Shown here: positions 1 to 6,883 of the stretch, piece by piece
Numbering within the stretch: position 1 is the first letter of the stretch
How the letters are laid out: the number at the start of each line of letters is the position of its first letter
Program-made: the position numbers and the translations under genes
Origin: Candidatus Methylomirabilota bacterium
GTDB taxonomy: Bacteria; Methylomirabilota; Methylomirabilia; Rokubacteriales; CSP1-6
Assembly: GCA_046726415.1 (NCBI GenBank)
Contig: JBKPAK010000296.1
Coordinates: 1-11,015, forward strand
Direction of reading: 5' to 3'
DNA: 11,015 nucleotides
The notes under the pieces: generated by a model
Database searches by the model: none
What the model was told of the DNA's origin: nothing
Seen by the model: only the letters and a program-made list of their open reading frames with translations

Positions 1-2
1 TG

Positions 3-623
3 CTCGCCGTCCTCGCCGAGCAGGAGGCGGTGCTCGGGCGCCAGGAGATGACGGTCGGTCGTCTGCGCGACCTCGTCGCCCTCGAACGCGCCGTCAAGGA
101 AGCGGAGCGCATGCATCCGCCGCTGATCCTCCTCATGCGCCTGGTGGTCCGGGACTTTGCCGTCGGGGAGTACGTGATCCCTGCGGGCGGTCTGGCCATG
201 GTCTCGCCCGCCGCCGCCCACCGGCTCCCCGAAGTCTTCGCCGATCCCGATCGCTACGACCCCGAGCGATTCGCTCCGCCGCGCCTCGAGGATCGGCGGG
301 TCCGGCATGGCCTGATCGGCTTCGGGGGAGGCCATCACCGCTGCATCGGGTCGACCTTCGCGCTGCAGCAGATCAAGATCATCTGGTCCGTCCTCTTTCA
401 GCGCTTCGAGCTGTCCCTCGCGCGCTCGGGCCACCAGCCCGACTACACGACCTTCGTGGTGGGGCCGCGCGCGCCGTGCTGCGTTCGCTACCGGCGACGG
501 CGGCACCTCCTCGTCGCCGTGCCCGACCTCGTCCCAGCCATCGGGTCGGAGGACGGAGGAGCGGTCCGCCTAGGCCGCGAGGTAGAGGAAGCTTCGCGCC
601 CGCGCCGAGGCCTGGAGGTTTGA
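3..623 (+). CDS. cyp51: Cytochrome P450, CYP51-like (sterol 14-alpha-demethylase); 5'-truncated by the window edge
   Basis: The frame is open from nt 3. It has K-helix ExxR followed by the CYP51-like HPPLILLMR, the meander PERF, the heme motif FGGGHHRCIG (321-350, Cys at 342-344) and a VRYRRR end as in bacterial CYP51. It lies directly upstream of an oxidosqualene cyclase. Confidence 0.85.
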   Translation, partial: LAVLAEQEAVLGRQEMTVGRLRDLVALERAVKEAERMHPPLILLMRLVVRDFAVGEYVIPAGGLAMVSPAAAHRLPEVFADPDRYDPERFAPPRLEDRRVRHGLIGFGGGHHRCIGSTFALQQIKIIWSVLFQRFELSLARSGHQPDYTTFVVGPRAPCCVRYRRRRHLLVAVPDLVPAIGSEDGGAVRLGREVEEASRPRRGLEV

Positions 624-660
624 AGGGAGCCGCGATCGCATCGAACTCAATCGGCCCCCC

Positions 661-2610
661 ATGACAGCGGCCCGCGACCGCGCCTTCGATCACCTCCTCG
701 CCCAACAGCGTCCGCGCGGCGACTGGGAGGGAGAGATGGTCTGGTGCCCGATCATCACCGCGCAGTACGTGATCGTGCGCCACGTCGTGGCGTGCCCGCT
801 CGACGAACGGGCCCGCGCAGCGCTCCGGCGCCATTTCGAGGTGACGCGTAGGCCGGAGGGTGGGTGGGGGCTCCATCCCGAGTCGGCGAGCTACGTCTTC
901 GTCACGACCCTCGCCTACGTGGCCCTCCGCCTCCTCGGGCTCTCGGCCGACGAGCCGATCCTCAAGGACGCGCGCGGCTGGCTCCGGCGGCAGCCAGGCG
1001 GGGTTTTGGCTATCCCGACGTGGGGAAAGTTCTGGCTCGCGGTGCTCGACCTCTACGACTGGCGGGGCGTGAACCCCATCCCACCGGAGCTGTTCCTCCT
1101 TCCCGTCGCGCTTCCCGTCCACCCCATCCGTTTCTATTGCCACACGCGCCTCATCTACCTCGGCATGGCCGTGCTCGTCGGTCGCCGCATCCGCGCCGCC
1201 CTGGGACCGCTCGCGACGGCCCTGCGCGAGGAGCTCTATGACGCTCCCTATGAGACGATCGACTTCGTCTCCCATCGCGACACCATCGCCCCCAGCGACG
1301 CCTTCGTTCGCCCGGGACCTCTGCTGCGCACGATGGCGCTTGCGCTGCGCGGCTGGGAGCGCGCCTGTCCCGCCGCATGGCGGCGCCGTGCCATCGACCT
1401 GTGCCTCGAGCGCATCCGGCTCGAACAGCGAACGAGCGCGTGGCAGGGGCTTTCCCCGGTCAACGGGCTCCTGAACTGCCTGGCCTTGTGGGCGCACGAT
1501 CCGACCGATCCGGACCTTGGCCCGAGCCTGGAAGGCCTGGAGGCCTGGCGCTGGGAAGACGAGGCCGAGGGCCAGCGCTATGCGGGAGCACGCTCCAACG
1601 CCTGGGACACGGCGTTCGCCCTACGCGCGCTGGTGGCCGCCGGGGCGTCGGCGCCGGTGCCGGCGGTCCGGCGGGGCCTCGCGTTCCTGCGCGAGACGCA
1701 GATCAGCGAGGACCTGCCGTCTCAGACCGCGGGTTGGCGAGATTCGATCCGGGGCGGCTGGTGCTTCTCCGACGGTGCCCACCGCTGGCCGGTGAGCGAC
1801 TGCACGGCGGAGGCGGTCGGCGTCCTCCTGGCCGCCCAGGCCGCGGGTCTCGTCCCCGCGGCAGAGCAGATCTCCGAGGGACGACTCGGCGAGGCCGTCG
1901 CGTTCATCCTGGCCCGCCAGAACGCCGACGGCGGCTTCGGCACCTATGAGCGGCAGCGCGGCGCCGCCTGGCTCGAGGCCTTCAATCCATCGGAGATGTT
2001 CGGGCAATGCATGACCGAGCGCTCCTACGTCGAGTGCACTGCTTCCTGTGTCGGCGCGCTGGTCGAGTCGCGGCGCGCCTGCCCCGCCCTCGCGGTGCCG
2101 GCCCTCGACCACGCCATCGCGCGCGGCCTCCGCTTCCTGCGCCGCGCCGCCCAGCGTCCCGACGGATCCGTGCTCGGCTTCTGGGGGATCAATGTGACAT
2201 ACGGGCTCTTTCACTTCGTGCGCGGGTTGCGCGCGGCGGGCGCCGTTCGCGACGACCCCGCGCTGGCCGCGGCGGCACGCTGGCTGATCGGCGCCCAGCG
2301 CGAGGACGGCGGTTGGGGCGAGCACTACCGCGGGGCTCGCGAGGGGCGTTACGTCGAGCATCGCGAGAGCCAGGCGGTGATGACGAGCTGGGCCCTCCTG
2401 GCGCTCATGGAGATCCTACCGCCCGGGGCCGATTGTGTCGAGCGCGGCGTGGCCTGGCTAGTCACGCGCCAACTCCCGGACGGCGGCTGGCCCCCCGAGG
2501 CCGTGAACGGCGTGTTCTTCGGCTCCGCGATGCTCGACTATCGCCTCTACCGGACGTACTTCCCCGCGTGGGCGCTCGCGCGCCACGCCGTCCTCACCGG
2601 CGCCCGGTGA
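661..2610 (+). CDS. osc: 2,3-oxidosqualene cyclase (lanosterol/cycloartenol synthase family), 649 aa
   Basis: Catalytic VSDCTAE (Asp at 1798-1800) instead of DXDD. OSC segments IPTWGKFWLAVL, YCHTRLIYL, WDTAF, GGWCFS, GGFGTYE, FNPSEMFG and YVECT are present, with several QW repeats (QRPRGDW, QNADGGF, QREDGGW, QLPDGGW). No frameshifts are apparent. Confidence 0.95.
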   Translation: MTAARDRAFDHLLAQQRPRGDWEGEMVWCPIITAQYVIVRHVVACPLDERARAALRRHFEVTRRPEGGWGLHPESASYVFVTTLAYVALRLLGLSADEPILKDARGWLRRQPGGVLAIPTWGKFWLAVLDLYDWRGVNPIPPELFLLPVALPVHPIRFYCHTRLIYLGMAVLVGRRIRAALGPLATALREELYDAPYETIDFVSHRDTIAPSDAFVRPGPLLRTMALALRGWERACPAAWRRRAIDLCLERIRLEQRTSAWQGLSPVNGLLNCLALWAHDPTDPDLGPSLEGLEAWRWEDEAEGQRYAGARSNAWDTAFALRALVAAGASAPVPAVRRGLAFLRETQISEDLPSQTAGWRDSIRGGWCFSDGAHRWPVSDCTAEAVGVLLAAQAAGLVPAAEQISEGRLGEAVAFILARQNADGGFGTYERQRGAAWLEAFNPSEMFGQCMTERSYVECTASCVGALVESRRACPALAVPALDHAIARGLRFLRRAAQRPDGSVLGFWGINVTYGLFHFVRGLRAAGAVRDDPALAAAARWLIGAQREDGGWGEHYRGAREGRYVEHRESQAVMTSWALLALMEILPPGADCVERGVAWLVTRQLPDGGWPPEAVNGVFFGSAMLDYRLYRTYFPAWALARHAVLTGAR

Positions 2611-2732
2611 TCAGGGGGCTGGCCGTGGCCCGGCGGCTGGGGGCGGACTATCCCTTCGGGGATGACGAGGCGCGCCAGTGGTTCAACCTCTACGGTCGGA
2701 TATTGATGGGCCTGGCGTTCCGGAAGGCGTGA
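2607..2732 (+). CDS. Small 41-aa ORF or gene remnant coupled to osc (MIRGLAVARRLGADYPFGDDEARQWFNLYGRILMGLAFRKA)
   Basis: GTG at 2607 overlaps the osc TGA (GTGA). The composition is protein-like and aromatic-rich. No family recognised. Confidence 0.35.
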   Translation: MIRGLAVARRLGADYPFGDDEARQWFNLYGRILMGLAFRKA

Positions 2733-2795
2733 TGCGACAACCGCTGGGGCCAACGTGGAGGCTCCCGGCCGCCTCGAGTCCGCCTCTCACCCAGT

Positions 2796-3353
2796 CTAGA
2801 TCTTGCCCTGGAGCAGCTCGCGCATGACCGCCTTGCCGTAGAGGCGGAACGTGCGTGCCAGCGAGCGAAGGTCGAGGGTACTGCTCAGGGTGTCGGCCAC
2901 GGCGAAGGGGAGCATGGCTGGGATCAGGCCACGCGCGTACTCCAGAGCGTAGCAGCGGTCCGGCATGCGGTAACCTTCGGCGGCGCCGCGCCGCAACACG
3001 TGACAGTCGCCGGGGCGGAACACCCGCCGGTCCAGCTGGCCCTGAGCGTAGGCCCATTGCTCCCCGTCGAGCACGTAGAAGTAGTCGTCGGCCAGGAAGC
3101 GCCCACTGTGGCCCGCTGTCCCAATGGGAGTGCCGAAGACGATGAGGTATTCGGTGATCGAGGAGTGCAGCAGCAGGAAGTGGCCCATCGCGCCGCCCGC
3201 GTTGTTGAGGACCCATTCGCGCTCGCGCAGGATGTGACCGGGGTAGCGGCGGTCCAGCTCGCCCGCAATGGCCTCAATCATCTGCGGCAGCGGCTGGCCG
3301 AGGGCGCCGCGGACGACTCGGTGCAGAACCTCTGGCTCGAAGATGTATCCCAT
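2796..3353 (-). CDS. erg2: ERG2/sigma-1 receptor family protein (putative C-8 sterol isomerase), 185 aa
   Basis: WVLNNAGGAMG, LHSSITEYLIVFGT, GHSGRFLADDYF and EYARGLIPAMLPF...DTLSSTLD follow the fungal Erg2/sigma-1 signature blocks. ATG at 3353 (MGYIFEP) is preferred over GTG at 3359. Confidence 0.9.
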   Translation of the reverse strand: MGYIFEPEVLHRVVRGALGQPLPQMIEAIAGELDRRYPGHILREREWVLNNAGGAMGHFLLLHSSITEYLIVFGTPIGTAGHSGRFLADDYFYVLDGEQWAYAQGQLDRRVFRPGDCHVLRRGAAEGYRMPDRCYALEYARGLIPAMLPFAVADTLSSTLDLRSLARTFRLYGKAVMRELLQGKI

Positions 3354-3357
3354 GGGC

Positions 3358-4065
3358 ACGACACTGGCGGCGCATCTGGTTGATCGGGTGATCCCGGATG
3401 TTCCCGTGCGGCAGCGGGGGCTGTCGCTGCCCTGGTCCCTACACTACCTGCTGGCCTTCGACGCCGCGCTCTGCCGCCACGTGCTCGCGGTGTTCATCCG
3501 GGTCGTGTTCGGCTGGCTCCGGCGCTGTGCCGCCCGCCACGGAGTTGTCGATGGCCAGTGCGGGGCCGTCCCCGTCATTCAGCGCTTCGGCGGCGCGTTG
3601 AATGCCAACGTGCACTTTCACTCCCTTGTACTTGATGGCGTCTTCATCCGGCCGACGGTCCCGGCCGCGCCGCTGTTTTATGCGCTGCCCCCCCGACGGA
3701 CGACGAGATCGCCGAGGTGCTCGAGCAGGTCGACGCTCGCGTGCAGCGTCTCTTGCGCCGCCGCGGGCGCTTTTCCCGAGGAGCCCGGCCAAGCCGATCC
3801 GGTGGCCTACCAGCTGCCCCGGTTGGCCAGGTACGCCGCGGCGTCGATTCAGGGACTGGTGGCCAGCGGCCCCCGCGCCGGTCATCCCGTCCGTCGCCTC
3901 CGGTCCGATGGTGGATGCGCACAAGCCCCGCTGTGCTCGGCTGAAGGGCGTCTCGCTATACGCCGATGTAGCCTGCCCGCGCACGCCCGCGCGGGCCGCG
4001 AGCATTTCTGTCGCTACCTCTTGCGCCCCCCGCTAGCCCTGGAGCGCTTGTCCGCACGACTCTGA
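3358..4065 (+). mobile_element. Degenerate IS91/ISCR-family rolling-circle (HUH) transposase remnant
   Basis: AAHLVDRVIPDVPVRQ, IQRFGGALNANVHFHSLVLDGVF (HUH at 3613-3621) and CRYLLRPPLALERLS (Tyr at 4015-4017). Conserved-looking blocks lie in other frames (PTDDEIAEVLEQV after the C7 run at 3688-3694; GVSLYADVA at about 3945-3972). The N-terminal zinc-binding region and the C-terminus are missing. Confidence 0.85.
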
Positions 4066-4110
4066 TTTCGCCATCGCGATCCTCCTTCTCTCTCGAGCCG
4101 GGAGGCCACC

Positions 4111-4137
4111 TGACCGGATATTCATCTCCCCCGGTCA
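4111..4137. repeat. 7-bp perfect inverted repeat TGACCGG-N13-CCGGTCA
   Basis: Seen directly at 4111-4117 and 4131-4137, in the gap between the IS remnant and converging minus-strand fragments. Function unknown. Confidence 0.3.
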
Positions 4138-4227
4138 TGACGGGATAGGGATATGGTATTGCACGCGGCGGAACGAGCACAACTGGGAGGTTCCACGGCG
4201 ACCGCGGTGGCTACCACCGTCAGGCTA

Positions 4228-4460
4228 CTATTGTTGCTGCTGGGCAACCTGATCCACCAGGACGGTTGCGTCGTAGTCTGCGCGCCGCGCGGGGATCTCC
4301 TTGAAGATGGGGATCTCGATGACCTCGTCCGACTCCGGTGCGGTACGATCTTGGGCTGGACGCGCAGCTCCAAGAATGACTCGCTGATGTAGCTGCCGTA
4401 CTCGAAGGCGAGCTGGTCCATCAGGAACTCCTTCGCCTCGGGCGTCAAGGGATAGGGCGC
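4228..4460 (-). pseudogene. Frameshifted coding fragment, family not recognised
   Basis: PYPLTPEAKEFLMDQLAFEYGSYISESFLELRVQPKIVP continues after a frame change near 4335 as SDEVIEIPIFKEIPARRADYDATVLVDQVAQQQQ, ending at TAG. Third codon positions are mostly G/C. Confidence 0.35.
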
Positions 4461-4548
4461 CCCCACGCGGGTCGCTCGGTTCGCCAACGCCCGCGTCACG
4501 CAGGACGCGCGGGAATGATCACCGCGCCGACCCCGAGCGCCGCGCCGG

Positions 4549-4731
4549 TCACGGCTCAACCTGGTGCCCTCGCCAGCCTAGCTCCCGACTGAGCTGCCCG
4601 GCGGCACGGTATGCCACGCGCCCAATGATGCCGGCGTAAGTCGGAAACGAGAGCGGAACCTGAGCCAGGTCCTTGACTCGCATTCCCGCGGCGATGGCGA
4701 TCGCCACCACCTGGACGATCTCGACCGCCCG
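4549..4731 (-). pseudogene. C-terminal fragment of a pyridine nucleotide-disulfide oxidoreductase (Lpd/MerA-like dimerisation domain)
   Basis: RAVEIVQVVAIAIAAGMRVKDLAQVPLSFPTYAGII resembles the dimerisation-domain end (A-x-E-I-I...G-M-T-x-x-D-L...H/F-P-T). Stop at 4551-4549. The FAD and NAD domains are absent. Confidence 0.7.
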
Positions 4732-4953
4732 TACTCGCCGCCCCGCGTGACGACGAATCGCGGCAGACCTTGAAGACGCCTCCGGACCGGACGACGCGGG
4801 ATAGTCAGGCTGCCGGCCCCCGTCATTCGACCCCACGAGGGGATCCCTCTCGTCGCCCGCGCCGAAAAAGGCGCCGCTGTTGATCCACTCCGATTGGACG
4901 AACTCGAACTGCCGTCCCAGGTGCGCCCCGACAAAGGCAAACATCAACCCCCG
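4731..4953 (-). pseudogene. C-terminal fragment of a dye-decolorizing (DyP-type) peroxidase
   Basis: RGLMFAFVGAHLGRQFEFVQSEWIN...DPLVG, then after a frameshift in the G run at about 4817-4821, GSLTIPRRPVRRRLQGLPRFVVTRGGEY, the typical DyP GLxF/QFEFVQ/GGEY tail. Confidence 0.8.
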
Positions 4954-4957
4954 ATAC

Positions 4958-5134
4958 TCACAAAAACATGCCTTTGCCCGCCCCAAAGAGCTCCTCGATC
5001 AGCTTGCGACACCGCGGCGAGAGCTGGTACCCGACGCCGCGTTCCCGCATCCGCACGCGGGTGTGGGCGAGCGCCTGACCGCGCTCCACCGTGGCGATGT
5101 GCGGTTCGATGTCGCGGGCGAGCAACGCGTCGAG
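4958..5134 (-). mobile_element. Fragment of an IS5-like DDE transposase
   Basis: [14 protein letters not shown]...[20 protein letters not shown] resembles the Y-x2-S-x-R-x-R-K-x-I-E-E-x-F-G-x-x-K catalytic-Glu region of IS5/IS4-superfamily transposases. Confidence 0.55.
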
Positions 5135-5243
5135 CAGCGTCTGCTGCTTCCAGAACTGCGCCACCGCGGCCGTGGAGTCCAGCCGGTCGCGCTCGAGGGT
5201 GGCCGCGCCATAGCTTTCGCAGCCGGCGGGGCCGGGAGCGCAT
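5132..5243 (-). pseudogene. N-terminal fragment of a conserved hypothetical lipoprotein
   Basis: [32 protein letters not shown] resembles the GC..G..T..RDR.D...A....WK.Q.LL start of a family of hypothetical lipoproteins (from memory). The ATG at 5243, just after the upstream stop, is out of frame with it and no hydrophobic signal core remains. Confidence 0.5.
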
Positions 5244-5248
5244 GTGCG

Positions 5249-6472
5249 TCAGAAGACGACCTTCAGCAGGTGCTTGAGCAGCTCCTCCAGCGAGACCATG
5301 GTCAACAGCAGCGGGGTGACCGGCAGGAGGGTGATCACGGCGAGACGGATCGCGGTGTTGCGCGTGAACGGCACCACGCTCATGCCCTGAACGATCTCGA
5401 AGCTGTTGCCGAGGTCGGCCAGGGACTGCAGGTCCGCGCTTCCGACCAGCGGCTCGCCCGCCGGGGCGCCGCCCCGCAGCCACTTGTCGTCGAACTCCCG
5501 GACGTAGCGCTGGGCCAGGGTGCCGTACTCCCGCAGGCCGACGCGCCGCGCCGCCGCCAGGTGGGGCGCGAACAGCATCAAGGGCCCCAGCACGACGGCG
5601 AGGAGGAAGAGGACCACGACGAGCAGCTCGACCTTGAACTCCGGGAGTGTCTTGCCGTGGAAGAAGATCTGGTTGGCCATCAGCCCGGCGAGCAGCGCTC
5701 CGTGCGCCGCCAGCAGCGGCGCGAACGCCGGCACGATGCCCCAGAGGAAGCCGAGCCCGCCCGCGCGGTCGGGGTGGGTCGGCACCAGCCGCAGCTCACA
5801 GCCCGTCACCTGCCACAGGAAGCGCGTCCAGATGAAGAGGCGGAAATACCAGCGGAGCAGCATAAACTGGAACACGGGCACGGCCACGTACACGAGCCAC
5901 CATCCGGCGAGAGACAGCTTCCGGCCGTCCGCTGTCGGAGTCGAGTACCAGGTCGGGATGTCCAGGAGGCCGTAGCGCGGCCAGAGGTACACCACGCCGA
6001 CGAAATAGACGAGTGCGATGAGCACGAGCTCCGCCGTGATGGAGTTCCGCAGGCGGAGAGCCGTGGCCACGGCGGCGTCGAACCTGGCCCGCGACGCGTC
6101 CGCGATGAGGCCGCGCTCGAGGAACTGCCGGACCACCGGACGCATCCGCTGATGCACCACCAGCTCGGCCGCGATGAGCAGCGGCAGCCCGAGCAGGAAG
6201 CGGACGTGGACCTCGATGTCCTTCAGGAACGGCACGCGGACCGCGCTGCCCCAGGCCTGTCCATCGAGGCCGGAGAGGATCAGGAGCGGCAGCCAGGCGA
6301 ACAGCGGGATGGCGAGCAGCCGGCGGCGCACCAGCTCCAGCGCGTCGCCGGACAGATGGGCTCGGCGGACGAGCTGGTACAGCGGTCCGCCCAGGATCAC
6401 GGAGAAGTCGTAGGGATCCGGGGTTGGCGCCGCGTCGGCACGGGTCGTGGGGGCGTGCGCCGGGGAAGCCAT
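5249..6472 (-). CDS. Conserved hypothetical polytopic membrane protein, 407 aa
   Basis: Intact ORF with many hydrophobic helices and conserved-looking blocks (FSVILGGPLYQL, LVPTHPDRAGGLGFL, GSADLQSLADLGNSF). ATG at 6472 overlaps the upstream TGA (TGATG). Confidence 0.85.
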   Translation of the reverse strand: MASPAHAPTTRADAAPTPDPYDFSVILGGPLYQLVRRAHLSGDALELVRRRLLAIPLFAWLPLLILSGLDGQAWGSAVRVPFLKDIEVHVRFLLGLPLLIAAELVVHQRMRPVVRQFLERGLIADASRARFDAAVATALRLRNSITAELVLIALVYFVGVVYLWPRYGLLDIPTWYSTPTADGRKLSLAGWWLVYVAVPVFQFMLLRWYFRLFIWTRFLWQVTGCELRLVPTHPDRAGGLGFLWGIVPAFAPLLAAHGALLAGLMANQIFFHGKTLPEFKVELLVVVLFLLAVVLGPLMLFAPHLAAARRVGLREYGTLAQRYVREFDDKWLRGGAPAGEPLVGSADLQSLADLGNSFEIVQGMSVVPFTRNTAIRLAVITLLPVTPLLLTMVSLEELLKHLLKVVF

Positions 6473-6714
6473 CACGCGGCAGTCATGACGAACGCGTGGA
6501 AGCCCCACGGCGGCAGATCCAGGTAGAGCCCGCGCGACACGAGGTCGCTTCCCTCGCGCTCATAGCGAGCGGAGGATAGCAGATCCTCGAGCCGCACGCG
6601 GCGGCCGGCCAGGTCCGCGAACGGCAGGCGGATGTAACAGTGGCCCTGGTTGCCGGCGTAGTTGACGGCGACGAGACGGCGCTGGCCGTCCGGAGCCTGC
6701 CACGACCACGCGAT
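6472..6714 (-). pseudogene. C-terminal fragment of an alpha-amylase family (GH13) protein
   Basis: IAWSW...RRLVAVNYAGNQGHCYIRLPF...LEDLLSSARYEREGSDLVSRGLYLDLPPWGFHAF resembles the GH13 C-terminal beta domain. There is no catalytic domain upstream. Confidence 0.7.
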
Positions 6715-6883
6715 CGCCGCCGCGCTCAGGCGCGAACACGCGATGACGGCTGGGACGAAGCCCGCTGATGCGCCGCCGCTGGGACGCGGCCGCGGTGCGC
6801 CACAGTGACGGACCGAGTAGCTCCCTTCTACCCGACGTTTGGTCTTGGCTTTCTCGCCAGCCTCGGGTTCACCCCGGCCGATC

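Noticed and set aside
476..664. 62-aa ORF whose TGA overlaps the osc ATG (ATGA)
   Set aside because: It overlaps cyp51 out of frame and is low-complexity Arg/Pro sequence; ATGA overlaps arise easily by chance.
379..2361. Long antisense and alternate-frame ORFs over cyp51/osc (379-1497, 1621-2361, 1377-1949)
   Set aside because: Shadow ORFs expected in GC-rich coding DNA; no motifs.
661..2610. Squalene-hopene cyclase (hopanoid) assignment
   Set aside because: There is no DXDD motif; DCTAE and the CYP51/ERG2 neighbours indicate an oxidosqualene cyclase.
4149..4163. GG-N10-GC with TTGCA, a sigma-54-like spacing
   Set aside because: The -24 box lacks TGGCAC and no credible plus-strand gene follows.
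4880..6526. 548-aa plus-strand ORF
   Set aside because: Antisense shadow of the membrane protein gene and fragments; no recognisable domain.
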